Both the position numbers and the translations under genes were made by a program. From Paramecium tetraurelia (taxonomy: Eukaryota), in the NCBI GenBank assembly GCA_000165425.1, contig CT868066.1, positions 62,001 to 126,000 of the forward strand: a stretch of 64,000 bases of DNA. The letters run 5' to 3'. This document shows, piece after piece, positions 26,985 to 40,287 of this stretch. How positions within the stretch are numbered: the first letter of the stretch is position 1; each line of letters starts with the position of its first letter. Under the pieces are notes generated by a model that made no database searches, was not told where the DNA came from, and saw only the letters and a list, made by a program, of their open reading frames with translations.

Positions 26985-28466
26985 ATGAATTCCCTATTCT
27001 TATACTTCAAAGACCCGAGAGTTGAGTAATCATATTAGATTTCCAATCAGCATTCTAAGAGACTGAGTACATTTATTAGTTTAAGTTTTGGATTCATAAT
27101 TGCATTCGTCGTCAAAGTAATATAATCAAGCCACGAGAAAAATAATTATGGGTTTATTCTGAATCTATCCATGCTCATTTACCTAATTGTGCAGTTGATT
27201 TTTGTTTGGAAAAACAATTAATATCTGAGGTTGGGTATCATTTTATTAAATCATTCTGTCACTATCTTTTTTATTGCTTTTGAGGATAGATCAGGAGTTG
27301 ATAACTAAATGGCCATGCTTTAAGGAGTTAATTAAATGGCAGCAACTTATTTATTGGTCTTGAATGGAGAATACGTTGATGGCATGATAACGATAATAAC
27401 ACTTTAAATATTTAGATTACTTTGGGGCGTGTTTAAAAGCGATGGCATGCAATATTCCGCACTTGTAACCTCCACTCTCTTGATCCTCTACATCAATTAC
27501 TTCAATTATTAATACAACAAGGCGAAACGATCCCAATACTTATTGACTTTGGCCGACACTAGATGGGAAGACATTCTCCAGAAGCTCTTACTGCAACAGT
27601 CATACTTGATTTTGCAATTTTCAGAGGAGAATCTACACTTCTCTGTCAAGTAACTCAGAAATTGCGAAAAACTCTTCAAAACAGAACCAGAGGCCTATTA
27701 ATTTTTGAAATAGGCCACTCATTAGAACAAGATAATGCAGAATGTTATTTATGGGTTCATTAGGTAATTTTAAGAAAATAATTAACAAACTTTCAACAAT
27801 ACGTTTTTGATTAATTTTCTTAAAAGAACTATAAGGGCTGAAATTTCAATTTACTAAGGAGACAAACCTACCATATTATTATTGTTTAAAGAGTTTTTTT
27901 ATGAAAGGAGGATTAACACAAAAATGATTTAGGTGCAATATGAATCAACCATCAAGTTGATGGTAAAAATTCTCAATAGAATAAATCAATACCAGTTTTG
28001 CAAAAATAAATATCTATCCATATAAAGAAAATTAATATTTGTTCATTTGATACAAAACATCAACAAGGATATTAAGTTGAAAAAAATTCAACTGAACAAT
28101 TTCCTCAACAACGCAATCAAATTACATAACAATGTGAAAGTGAGTGTCCAATATTAAGGCAATCCATCAGTAGAAACTTGTGTTAATATCCTGCAAATTA
28201 TCATTTTACAAATATTTCAAAATATCTTAAGCTAAAACCTTATCATCAGGACATCCTAAACCAAAAATCAAAAAATAAGATGCCAATTTTTAGGTTATTT
28301 TAATATCCAAAAGATTCTGAGATTCAAAGACTAATTGGAAACACCTTTCCAACTATTGTTTGAGTCCTATGACTTAAATCAAGAAAGTAACTTATTCTGA
28401 ATATATAATATAGCACTTTAATTCATCTTTCCTCACTCAATTGATATACCTTTCAATCATTGTTGA
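26985..28466 (+). CDS. multi-pass membrane protein (~484 aa), receiver-less degenerate histidine-kinase-like; paralog of 11383..12870
   Basis: MNSLFLYFKDPRVEQSYQ, RLGIILLNH, QGVNQMAA, NGEYVDG, YNKAKRSQYLLTLADTRWEDIL; 27-nt intron 28387-28413 holds an in-frame TGA. Confidence 0.82.
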
Positions 28467-28541
28467 TTTCTACTAAATTTAATATATATTAACAATTAAA
28501 AATAATATTTTATTACATTGTATAATAGAATTATAATATTT

Positions 28542-28979
28542 TCATTAATAGCAATCATTAGCTAGTACCGAATTTAGCCTTTCCTATTATCTCTTTAACC
28601 TTTAAGAGTTCCTAACCTTCAAAACTTCTTTCAATTTTTTGAACTCTTCTAAGTGCTTTTCTTTCTATACTTCTATTTAATCTTAAAATTATCTTGAAAT
28701 CTGAGGAGGTTAATTAGGCTTGTTCTGGATCACATTGTTAAATTATTTGGCTCGAAACGGTTAATGATCATTGCTTGGTATTTTCTGAAATCCATTGGGA
28801 AAGTTAAAGTAATTGTTTGGTACTTAATGTTGTATATTTTATTTAATGAAATACTTTTCGTCAATTTTTTGTTAAAAAGGGTTGCCTTATTTATTGAATT
28901 TATTGTTAAAGCCGTTTTATTACTAGAGAGTAGGAAAGCTTTTGAAAGGGGAACAGCTGGAAGATTCATAATTTTTCAT
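28542..28979 (-). CDS. low-complexity N/Q/F-rich protein with a C-terminal coiled coil; may extend upstream or be the tail of the adjacent remnant
   Basis: Code-6 frame MKNYESSSCSPF...LANDCYQ*; the same frame is open upstream to about 29345. Confidence 0.5.
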
Positions 28980-29950
28980 GAGCTGTTCTCTAAATAAATT
29001 ACAATTATAATTATATTATTGTTTCACATATCTCATATGTAATATGTAGCAGTACAACATCAAAAGTTTTACATCTCCTTAAAAACTTAATCTATTATTA
29101 TTTTATCTACAATTTAAAAGTCTCTCTTCCTCCTCTATTATTTTATTCTGTAATTTATGATTCTGATATAAACATTAGCAATATCTTTTTTTATCTTAAC
29201 CACCCTTTTGAAATTCATCTTCCAAATTCTAGAATCCAATAAAAAAAATCATTTGATTCTTCAAGCCAATCAATTGAAGATAATTTCTATCACATTTTTG
29301 AGTTTCTTGCAATAATTTCAGTTCTTGTATTGCCTCATCTATCCATCATTCCAAAAAAATAATTAAACTATCAATGATTTTCTATTCATATAAATCACTG
29401 GTTTTATTGAACTCTCTATATATTATACAAATAAATCAAAGATTCCTTCTTCCATTTTACCTCTTCTCTCAATAACGTATCTAAATATGGAACTGTTATG
29501 TCTTTAGTTACAGTATCTAGTTATGGTATCTCTGCTCTTGTTCAAGGAGTTTAAAAATTTAAAGATTTTGAGCCATTTAAGAAAAGTATCTTCCATCCCT
29601 AAAAACATATTACATTTTCATTTAATTACTAAATAAATGCTTAAATTGTTATGAATTAATAAACAATAATCCTTTCCCGGAATATGCAATCAAATCTTCA
29701 TCAAAGTTGATCCTTCTGAACTCATATTATCATTGCCAATTATGTTAAAAAATGTAATGTATAATTCGATGCGTAATTCTAATCTGAATCCCAATCTATT
29801 ACCCATTTTTTATGATACTGCAAAGTCTATCAGATTTGTTGATGTCAAATAGGGATAAATACAATTCCTACAGCTGTCGCAAAGATATCACAGTCGTCCC
29901 AATTTTCAAATACCTCTACCTTTCAAAAATGCACCAGCAAAACCTCATTC
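28980..29950 (-). pseudogene. heavily decayed gene, possibly a protein kinase
   Basis: Fragments LKIG and CDIFATAVGIVF (subdomain VII/IX-like) with frameshifts and TGAs; boundaries approximate. Confidence 0.3.
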
Positions 29951-30059
29951 ACATTTGATTATACTCTCATCATAGTACTATCCAATTATTAAGCTTCAAT
30001 GTTCCTTACTCTTCATGTTGAAAATATTGATATGTCTATAAAAATGAATTCTACTTCTA

Positions 30060-30505
30060 ATCAACTAAGGAAAACACTATTGGCCATCTGGAAGTTATTA
30101 TTAAGGATATTGGAAAGAGAATAACATAAACGGTCACGGTATTATGGTATTCATTTTGTGTGATATTTTGATAAATTATAAGTAATCTGTTGTTTAAATT
30201 AAAAATAGAATAGCATAATACATATTCTTGGTTAGATGGGCGTTTGGTAATTAATTTAAAATAAAGGGCAGTGCATAAGTGATTGGTAAGTTAATTGTAC
30301 GCATGGTCAGGGATTCTATAAATGGAAGGATGGGATCATATAACGGAGAATTTTGTTCAAGATATAAAACATGGATTTGGAGTCTATGTATGGGAAGAGA
30401 GAAGAAAATACGAATGATATTGGGAGAATGGTAAACAGCATGGGATGGTAAAATGAAGAGATGATTTTGGGAGGATGACAAAAGGATTAGATGGTTAGAT
30501 GAGTG
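30060..30505 (+). pseudogene. MORN-repeat pseudogene
   Basis: WPSGSYYQGYWKENNINGHG, HGQGFYKWKDG, YNGEF / FVQDIKHGFGVYVW..RKYE*YWENGKQHG, WEDDKRIRWLDE*; several frameshifts and an in-frame TGA. Confidence 0.8.
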
Positions 30506-30590
30506 ATATTATGTTTAACTATCTCAAATCAAAGAACTTAATTAATCTGATGCCTGTTGTAAATGACTCTTGATCTATTAGAGACAATCT

Positions 30591-31295
30591 TCAACTCCAT
30601 GTTTTAAATTAAGCTAAATCTTCTTTTATGTATAATACAAACTCATTTTCAGTATAGTCTTTAAGCTTTTCTGCAACATAAATCAACCATTATTCATCAG
30701 AGTTATAATTTTTATCTCTAAAGTTCAGTAATTATTTAATCTTAGAGTTGTATTCAACTTTTGCCTTTTTCTATTAATCCATAAAGATGGCATCAAATTT
30801 AGATTGTAATTGATCATCCCTAATCGAAAAATAGGAATAATTTAAGAAATACTCTGCTCTCATTTCTTGTAACTCCAATTTAATATAGTTTTAAGTAAAG
30901 AATTTATCAAAATTGTCCATCGTGAGTGTTTGCAATGCTTCATCAACTTTCTTTTATAAGGTATCTCCCATATATTGGGGTTTCTTTTTCATAAAATCAA
31001 ATAAGGTGCCACTATTGCAGAATTCTTAAACTACATAAACTCGAGTACCCTAATCATACACATCAATTATTCTAACGATGGATTGCAGAATGTGAATGCT
31101 TGACTAATTCGTTAAGTATTTCAATTTCACTAATGGTCAATTAATTATTTTAGGTAAAATCTACAATAGCTTAATTTGGGTACTTTGACTGCCACTTACT
31201 CTTAAGTGGTTTTCTTTTTGGCCAAATAGACCTAGCCAAAGACTCCTTATCCTAATTATTAATTGGAAAACTCATAAAAAATCAAATCTCTTCAT
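30591..31295 (-). pseudogene. protein kinase pseudogene: frameshifted N-lobe, catalytic C-lobe missing
   Basis: LGQGVFGQVYLAKK, VAVK, IVRIIDVYD, YVVQEFCNSGTLFDFMKKK then directly a helical tail; no HRD or DFG; the ATG is out of frame with the Gly loop. Confidence 0.75.
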
Positions 31296-31331
31296 ATATT
31301 TGATAAATTTTAAATTATTTTCATATATAGA

Positions 31332-32290
31332 TCAATTTTTGGTTAAGTTCAAATAGAAATTAACAAAAGCCTTATCATCAAAGACTTTTGACACCATTGC
31401 TTGATGTTGCGCATCCTAGAGTAATTCTATCTCTGTCAGAAAGGAGCAACTCTTTTTGGTGGTCAGTGTCACTTCCTTTTAAGTCTTGATCACTATGCGT
31501 AACTACGAGATAAGTAATAGATTTGTTACATCTTCTGGTTTACTCCAGAAAGCAAGAAGAGGCAACTGAAATACAATTTGGGGTTAAACATAGGAGTTTA
31601 GTAAGACTCCACTTTGGACACTCTATTAACTACAAAGCACTTGAGATGGGTCAACTTTTTCATCTTTTAAGAATCTACATCAATTAGCAAAAGATACGTT
31701 TCAGCAGCATTCTAACTATTGGGCAGACTCTTGTTATTGTTGTTCTTGGTGATGAGATGGCGAATACAAAGCATCTTCTTCACTAGATTAATCAAGAATT
31801 GTTTCTTGTGACTCAACACTTGACGCTTCTTTGTTCGCATTTACTAATCCTCCTTAATCTTCTGCCATTTGTCTTTGTTATGGCACCCTATTAAGATTAT
31901 GTAGTACTTCCCACTCTTGAAGGTCTCAGGTGTGGCAAACAAGAACTTCTTCTTCTTTGTGATCACTCCAGCAGCAATCAAGACATTAAGAGCATCATAG
32001 ACTCGACGCTTCACATTCTGTTCCTCCTTCTTCTGTTCACCGTCCTCAGATACTAATTTATCGGCAACGAACCTATAAGTGGTCTGTGACTCTGATTCAA
32101 TTATTTTTTTCACCTTATAACTCAGATTTCTCAATCCCTTATTCTTAGAACCATCCAATGAAAAGCTTTTCTTCTTCACTCCCGTGAATGAGCACTGAGA
32201 GTAAACTGGCTTAGGATGCAGGACTCCATTTGGATTGAAACTAAATCGTGAGACATCTGGAAACTGACTAGCTTCTCCGTCGTAATCCAT
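31332..32290 (-). CDS. DP-family (E2F dimerisation partner) transcription factor
   Basis: KGLRNLSYKV..., TTYRFVADKLV, NVKRRVYDALNVLIAAGVI (DEF box), KKQFLINLV...IRHLITKN coiled coil, FQLPLL. Confidence 0.92.
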
Positions 32291-32385
32291 TTAATCAATA
32301 TTTTATTAATATTATACATTCCCCTATTTACCTAATTGTTAATCAATCTGTATAAACATAGTAATAAGATGTTCATGCTTTCCCA

Positions 32386-33111
32386 TCATCCCACCTGGTT
32401 GATTTTAATAGTCGGGGCATTTTGGATGGAGACTCTCTTCTTCTGTTTCTGGAAGAAGGATTAGGATTAAGTTTCGATCATTTCTGGCCCATTACTTGGA
32501 GTGTTCCCATAATTATTTGGAGTATTCGCATTATTATTCCAAAAACTAAAAAACTTTCTCTTCCCTCGATTAAACAACTATTGTCTTATTCTCTAATCCA
32601 TATTATTGAAACTAGCAGATGCTTCCTCTATCGGTTAATAAAATGATTTGAATTCTTTCGGCAACTCCGTGTGCTTCTATTCAATCTGCTATTATTGTCT
32701 TTCCAAAGCCCTTATTCTAAATTAATAAAAACTCCTATTCTATTCCTCATATTGTTGCTGTCTCTTTAGTATCTTATTTATCTTGGTTTCTTGCTATTGT
32801 ATCAGGTTTTCTTAGATTGAATTGATAAAACTGACATACTCTTGAGGCATTTGTGCCTTCTTCAATTTCTTCTAGTTCTGTAACTGCTTAATCTTGTTTG
32901 CAAGGGATCTCGTCTTATCCTGAACAAACTTTGTCTGCAACGTATCATCATCCAATCTAATTTTCATATGACTCATTATTTGAGACTCCACAGATGTATC
33001 TGGATTCAAAGATAGCTTCCTAAAGTAAGGGGGAGGTTGAGTCTCCTCCGTCTTCTTCAGATTAGAAATTAGATCATCTATTTTAGATGTTATAATAATC
33101 CTATTTCTCAT
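32386..33111 (-). CDS. hypothetical protein (~230 aa)
   Basis: MRNRIIITSKID... extended through Gln codons and one intron to TGA 32386-32388. Confidence 0.75.
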
Positions 33112-33475
33112 CTTGATTAATTATATTTATTTACAGATTTTTCAGACTATTTTATAATAAATAAGAAACTAGAATAAAAAATGGACTGAAACCACAATTT
33201 ATTAAGTACAATTTAATAATCATTCTAATACATATATTAAAAATGATTAAAATTATGGATTTAAAGAAATCTAATATTATGATAAGAATTTAATTGATTA
33301 TTACACTTTTATTTATAGTCTAAAATACAAAGAGTAAAACTCTTATTAAGAATATTCGATAATTCTATTTAACATATCTTGATTACTATAATTACATTAA
33401 TACCTACAAGACAGTTCAATTAATTGTCATAATGTCTTTATTATGAATTACCCATTTATTATAAATATATTAATA

Positions 33476-35276
33476 TCATTATTAAGTTGATTGTTTACAT
33501 TATTGCAAACATTAAGAACATTACTAACAAAAGAGTTCCAACATATCTAAATCTATAGAATTTATCTTGGCTTCACTGTTCGAAGAAATGTTACCAATAC
33601 CTTTGACATTAATTACTTAAATGGCACCAATGATTTAATGATTTTGTGTTTTTAAAGGCATACAAATAATCGGCATGTTTGTTTCAATGTCGATATTAGG
33701 ATTAAAGATGGGACTAGTGTAACAATTGCTCACTGCCATCAATTATTGATCCTTTATGCACAGACCCATGATGCCTAACAAAGTATCAGTTTAGCTTAGT
33801 TTGCCTTCCCTATCGATATGAGAGAGAACCTGATTATAATACACAACCTTGGCCAAATCCACATTCATCAAGGATCTTAATCTTTCCTCTGAAGAGAGAA
33901 TCAATTCAATAAGATTGTGTTGTTTACTCTAAAGAACGATGCCTGTTTTGATGATATGTCTGAGTTTATTTTAGATAAGCATCTAGGCATCATGATTCAT
34001 GGCATTCTTTAAGACACTTTTGCTGAACTCTCCCATAATCTACAATAGAGCCTCATCATCTTTAGTAAAATATCCATTTGATTTATTGACACATTGTAAA
34101 ACCCCCATGCATTTATCCCCATCCAATATAGGAGATACCAACACTGTCTTAGTCTTATAATTGTTTTTGACATCCTATTAGGTATTGAATCTCTAATCTC
34201 TATAAGCGTCTTCGATATTCAAAATTATTCGATTCTAAGCAACAAATCCTGCAAGTCCTTATCCAATTTGAAGTCGGATAGTCGTTTGTGTGCCTTTAGC
34301 AACTCTGGTCCATAGTTCCTTTTTTGCTTAATCAACTATAAAACAAGAGGCTCGATCGCATTCTAGACAATCAACGCATTAGTCGATGATTGTTTGTAAT
34401 GCATCATCTAACAGGACAGAGGAATTCATTTGCAAAGCCCCTGTAACTATTTTTTTGAGTCTTAAGACTAAAATAAACAATTGTTAATGATCTGACATTA
34501 CTCTTTTGAATTTGTCATACAAAAATGATAATTTTTATGCTGAGATAGATTGGATTATCTCACAGAAGTTTTCTTCAGATTCCAAAAGAGCTTTCATCAA
34601 AGAGACTGTTCCATCAACATTGTATTAAGTAGTTGCATCTTCATCAGCTAAACTTTAGGTATTCACTATTACATAATTGGATATTCAAGATTGCGTTGGT
34701 TCTGAAGCAATCCTCTTATTACAAAATATCGTAAAAATTAGAGGCCCCAGATGCATTCCTGTCACTTTTGAATGCATCTACATCTTCCTGATGAAACCTC
34801 ACCAGGGTTGGATTCCGAAACGTTTGTCTCCTGAAGAGTTTTACTGATTGAGTGTTTCCGTCCTCTGAAATTTTATTACTCTTTTTATCTATTGGTAATA
34901 ACGATTTATGAGACTTGAATTTTTGGTTTGGCTTGCTCCCTTGATTCAATTGCCTTTCATCTCTCAATATGCTTAATTTGGCTTAATTGGCCTGCACAAG
35001 GTATTCGTTGATATGAGTCAAGCGATCAATCTCTTTTTGTTGCAATTTAACCAAATCCGACAATTTCCTTATTTGATCCTCCTTATTCTCAATGGTGACC
35101 TATAATTTATCAATCTCTTTTTATTGCAACTTATGACTATCCGACAATTTCTTAACAATATCTTCCTATCCATCAATGTCCTTGTTATTGGGAGATGCAA
35201 TTTATGTGCTGCGCTCAGTTTTGATTTTGAACTTCTTGCTGTTCTCTAATACATTTAACTCTAATTATTTGTGCAT
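33476..35276 (-). CDS. coiled-coil plus tandem GAF-GAF protein without a catalytic domain (~591 aa)
   Basis: LECDRASCFIVD..KKELWT, IGQGLAGFVA, NIEDAYRDQRFN..QD..NNYKTKT, GVLQCVNK..GYFTKDDE; second GAF NCYTSPIFNPNID; one 25-nt intron. Confidence 0.92.
35026..35165 (-). repeat. two-copy internal duplication with 84-nt (28-aa) period in the coiled coil
   Basis: EDIVKKLSDSHKLQQKEID versus EDQIRKLSDLVKLQQKEID. Confidence 0.85.
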
Positions 35277-35339
35277 TAATTATATAATTTTGTATTAAAT
35301 ATAAATAATATCAACCATATTCATATGAATAAATTTTTA

Positions 35340-36153
35340 TCATTGGCATTTCTTATGCAAAATCAATGATATCACACTGAACTTAGTCTCTATTCCCAAC
35401 ACTATTAAATAACAAATGGTTTCATATTCATCTGTAGTCAAGAGGTACATCTCGAGTACAACAAGTCCATGGATCAAAATTGATACCATCATCTAAATCA
35501 TTCTGTATCCCAATTTCTCTTACATTCTTAGCAGCACTCCTGAAAACAGAGACAATGGAATGAAGATGTAAAAATTTAAATCAAATTTCCATAGCAACAA
35601 GAGAAATCCTTACTCAAATCCAATTCGTTCAATGTAATATGTTAACTATATCATCAGATCAATTTTCCTCTACTTGGGTCCAGAATCCCCGATTAATTAA
35701 TCAAAAGGATCTCGATGACTCTCTGGATTTTCTGTTTGAGATTTTACTTTTTAAGCATGTACTTAAAGAATTGTACTGCTATTGGGTGATTCAATCTTAT
35801 GCATCTACAATTTTTGATCCTTAGCAGCTCCCTCGGTGTATTGATGAGTCTAATTATTCCCCAAAGTCATAGGTGGGAGCTCCTCAATCCCATCAAGTTT
35901 TAAGCTATTGTGTTTACCTGATTGAACACTCTTCCTATTCTTGGTGTTTATCATGATCGAAGCCCTCATCTATTAACCATTTTACGTATGGCCTTCCGAT
36001 TCTTTTACTTACTATACTCTACTTTATTAAATGTATTTACTCTTAGAATACTTAGCTTGAGCTCTGGTTTCTTCTTCTGATGAAGTATAGAAAAACGATT
36101 TGGATCAACAAAAGCAAACCAGAAAAAGATAGTTGTGCTAATTAGTAATACAT
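35340..36153 (-). CDS. hypothetical multi-pass membrane protein (263 aa)
   Basis: N-terminal TM LSFSGLLLLIQIVFLYFI, one 22-nt intron, several C-terminal hydrophobic segments, TGA 35340-35342. Confidence 0.78.
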
Positions 36154-36214
36154 TTTAGATTATAAATATTATATTTTATCTTTTTTTAGTATTTAAACAT
36201 ATAAATCTGAAGAA

Positions 36215-36439
36215 ATGTTTTTAAAAGTTAGTTTTTTAAGCATACTTGCCAGTTTGTCTTATAAATCTTTGATTAATCAAGAATTTCAAGCATTTAAATA
36301 GTAAGTGTAGGAAATTTAGACCTCTATAAACGAATTCAAAAATTTTTAAATGATACAGCAAAAGATGAAATTCGTTGAACAAGAGTGTATATCAAAGCAC
36401 TACTCCAAAGGTATTGGTTGTTCATTCAAAATCATTTGA
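36215..36439 (+). CDS. possible 74-aa small protein
   Basis: MFLKVSFLSILASLSYKSLINQEFQAFKQQVQEIQ...CSFKII*; hydrophobic start and coiled-coil-like pattern only. Confidence 0.3.
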
Positions 36440-36974
36440 TTTCCAATAAAAATTGAATAAATTCAAACATTATTATATAACGGGTTTAATTTCAATATTA
36501 AAAATTAAGTCTTGACATATCGAAATTAAAAGTACAGTAATTTCCTTTATAGTATTTTACGAAATTTTCCACATTCATACCCACAAAATCCTATGCTAAT
36601 TAAAAGAACAGATGATATCAGAGAAATTATTTTTACAGACTCAACTTACAACTCTGAAAATCATACAATCAACAAATTCAACCATATTACCATAATTATT
36701 AAAATCTTCTTAGGTTACATATTAAAACCATCCACATTCCCCAAGACATTTAGGTCAATTCAAATAGTTCTTTGTTATCCCTCTTATTCTAAAAAATGCA
36801 AAAGAATTTACTCCATAAATGTCGGACTTAAACACAAATTTTAAATTTTCTATTGCTATTTATTGTAAAATTCATCATAGAAACTCCCATGCTTTGCACA
36901 TATGTCCTTTAAAGAAGTAATATGAGTATCTGCTCTATTTTCAAAATATGATAATATTTAATTATATTACTAAT

Positions 36975-37833
36975 ATGAAAAAGCAATATAGTGAAAATTT
37001 GTAGGACTATTGTGTTTTCTTTAAGGATAAAGAACTTCCAGCAATGCAGAAGACAGATAAATTTATGAAGGCTTTGATTATGGATTCAATCAAGGATCAG
37101 GATCATCCACTCAATCAATTAATTGAAAAAAAATAAACCTTCGTGCCATTTATTAATGAGAGAGATAGTATGGGAAGATTGATTTCGAGTGAAACTTATC
37201 ACAGGAAAAGAAAAAGCGATGCTTCAAGTCTGTTCAATTCTCCTATGAATAGCCAAGTTTTCTTAAGTAAGAACTCCATATCGAATACTTGTAGTTTATG
37301 TGAAATTTAACAACCTGCTGCAAAATTAAAACTAAAAAACCTTTTAGGAAACACTCATGAAAATACTGAATTATATTAATCCACTTTATTGGCAACTCAA
37401 TGTGAATTTAAATAATCATTCTAGTTTAACTCAAAACGCAATCAGCTTAATTTTAGAACTCATAAAAAAAATAATAGTTTATAAAATAAGTTACCACCAT
37501 TTATTAATTAGTAAAAGGCTAAAGAATTTAAATTGTTCAGATAGCCAAATACACCCTAAGCCACTAGATTTTATCGAAGCAACTTTGTCATTGAGATGTT
37601 CAATTAAAACAAGTAATCCATCTTGTTAATTTTATCTTAGAATTGCTGAAAACAAACTGGAATACATATTCCTCATCGAAAGAATCTAAAAATTATAAAC
37701 TGAGTTGATAAAGAATTTATCAGCTAATGAGAGGAGGAGAACATTCGTGAAATTGGATGGAAATAGAAGAATCAAATTAAGCTTATTATTGCTTTTATCC
37801 AGACCACATATTCAATATCAGATGCTATAATGA
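36975..37833 (+). CDS. hypothetical basic protein (~275 aa); internal splicing ambiguous
   Basis: MKKQYSENLQDYCVFF...; 28-nt intron 37613-37640; a second candidate 28-nt intron near 37267 would switch to another open frame. Confidence 0.65.
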
Positions 37834-38206
37834 TTTGTATATAATTTATATTTGATAATAGAAGATAAATTTAAGGTTCTCACTAATAACTTTTCTCTAA
37901 TGAAATTATCCATAACTAAAATAGAACATCTCCATTGATAATTAATCTTATACACAAGTCTGATGGATTGATTATAAATTGAGAAGTGTGCAATATTATT
38001 TTATGAGTTTATTTAATTCTAATAAATAGTATTCATATAATATAAAATATGTAAATTATTATTATCTTTTATAATTTCTCCAATATATTCTTTGAAAACT
38101 AAGATTTTTGATTCAAGCTTAAAGGATAGTAAATGGGTAGGTTGTGTATATAAAAATAATAATTACTAATTTGCAATCTTATAACAATATTAAAAATTTA
38201 AATTAA

Positions 38207-40230
38207 ATGTTTTTCAAGTAAGAAATTGTATGTATTTAGCTTCGCTCGTTTTTTCACTCAGCAATAGCAATTAGATACTTTGTTGACCAATCCTGATTGC
38301 GATTTGGAGTCGATTTTATCGGCTGATGGAATATTGCAAGAAATAAAAGGATTAGGGGCTACCAAGTTTGCTGATCAGTATTATTCCAAGCATATTATTT
38401 AGTGTCTTAAAGCATCCAGAAATGTATTAAAAAATGATTAATTACATTATTTAATTTGAAGATGAACTCATTGATAAGAAGACTCAAATTTAGTAAATTT
38501 CTTAATTATCCCCTTAGATTCCCGTTTTTGACAAGTGAGATCTTGGGTAGTTAAAATTAGAAATTGATTGATTACCTATTTGAATGTCCTGAGGAGGAAA
38601 TATAATTTGAAAATTAATAAATACGCTAAGGATTATACGGCTAACTCTTGTCGTTCTTGGAGAATGATATTCTGAATGTTACTTCAGCAGGATATTTCGC
38701 AAAAGCATTCATAGCAATAATTAAGAAGAGAGGGTTTGACGTATGATATTTTTAAATAATTAGGTTTGGGCAACGATCATCAAAAACAAAGCAATACTAT
38801 CAAACCTAATAAAACACATAGACATAAAGCACATCGCAGAAATAATTGAGAAGTTGATAATTTTGGATACGTCCCAAGAAAATTACGAAGAGAAATTCTT
38901 TGAAGAAAGAAAGGAATTATTGGAAAGAATAATTAAATTATTATAACACAAATCTTACAACACCGAGATAGTGGATAACGTTTGTGATATTTTGATTGAG
39001 ATCACCTCTAAGAGTATGAGTTCTCTCTATTACAACAACGGGGAGATCATTCCTTTTATTGATATCATCAAGAAACCTGACTTATTTTTGAATATTGCCT
39101 TGTAAACTTAGCGCATAGGTCCCTATTAATTACTGATTAATTTGGTGGAGATGCAATCAAAAGAGACCAAAAAGGAGGACGATGATGAAGTCGTTCACAA
39201 TTTGGAGAAAGACTATTCAATTTTTGAGTCCATCCTATCTGAATTGCCTCCCAACCTCTTGAACCAGGACTATCACACAAGCAACTTTGTTAACTCTAAT
39301 CGACATTCCATCCAACCCTTTGGATTAGCTAGAATGCACTTGCTCAAACTAATTCAAGTCCTTGTTCAGTAATTAATATATAGTTATATTAAAAAGAACC
39401 AACGATTTAAAAATCATCAAGACTCTAATAAATTGCAGACTTATTGGAGCGTTGTAGACCATCATTCTTAAGTATGAATCAAACAATCAGATCCATGCAT
39501 GTTGCGATAAAATACTCAGGGCCATTATTGATCTTAATCAAGATGATTTCACATAAGATGTAAAGTATTTTTAATTCTTTCAATAGGTTTTTGAAAATAA
39601 TGATCTTCTAAATTATATTGTGTAAAATCACACTGTTGAAAACATAAAAAAAGGATTCATTGGATTTATGACTTAGATTTCTAATTACCTGGAAGAGAAG
39701 GCCAAACAAAACAACAAAATTTAAAAGTTCCTTCGAACCAGTATTGATTGATTTTCCATATTAATAGATGAGTAATGGTAACAATTTACAGAAAATATCT
39801 TGAACAATGTGAATTCAAAGGAGAAACCCTACTTGTGTAATGCCAATCCAAGACCAAGTTAAGAACCCGATGTTCTTGATGAATAAGAAACTGACAACAT
39901 CTTGAACATTCTGAGAGTATTTTAATTAATAAGCATTGCTAGAAATTTAACAATAATTTTTAGAAGAGTGACAAGCATGTTGGAAATAATGAAAATGGAG
40001 AGGGAGTCTAGAGGAATACTGAAGTGTTGAATGAATTTGAGCAAGATTAATAGGAGGATAACTTAGAGGAGGAAGGTGTTTAAGAGACATAGGGTCAATA
40101 AGATCAATATAACGATGATGATTAGAATGATGAAGATGACAAAGTTAAGTAGGAATATAATGAGAGCAATTTCTGGAAGTTGGATGTCAATGAGAAGTTA
40201 GCTTAAGAATTGTTGGATAATTTTGAATGA
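38207..40230 (+). CDS. SIT4-associated protein / PP6 regulatory subunit (SAPS family)
   Basis: LDTLL...LESIL..DGILQEIK, FPFLTSEIL, NVTSAGYFAK, PFGLARM, YESNNQIH, GFIGFMTQISN, acidic tail ending YNESNFWK; many tiny introns. Confidence 0.9.
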
Positions 40231-40287
40231 TCAATTATCATTAATGTAATTTTGAATTTAAATCATAATGCTAAAATTAATATATAT

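Noticed and set aside
31878..31907. Intron-like 20-nt gtactac..aatag segment in the DP gene
   Set aside because: Removing it shifts the frame away from the DP dimerisation helix; reading through keeps the conserved domain
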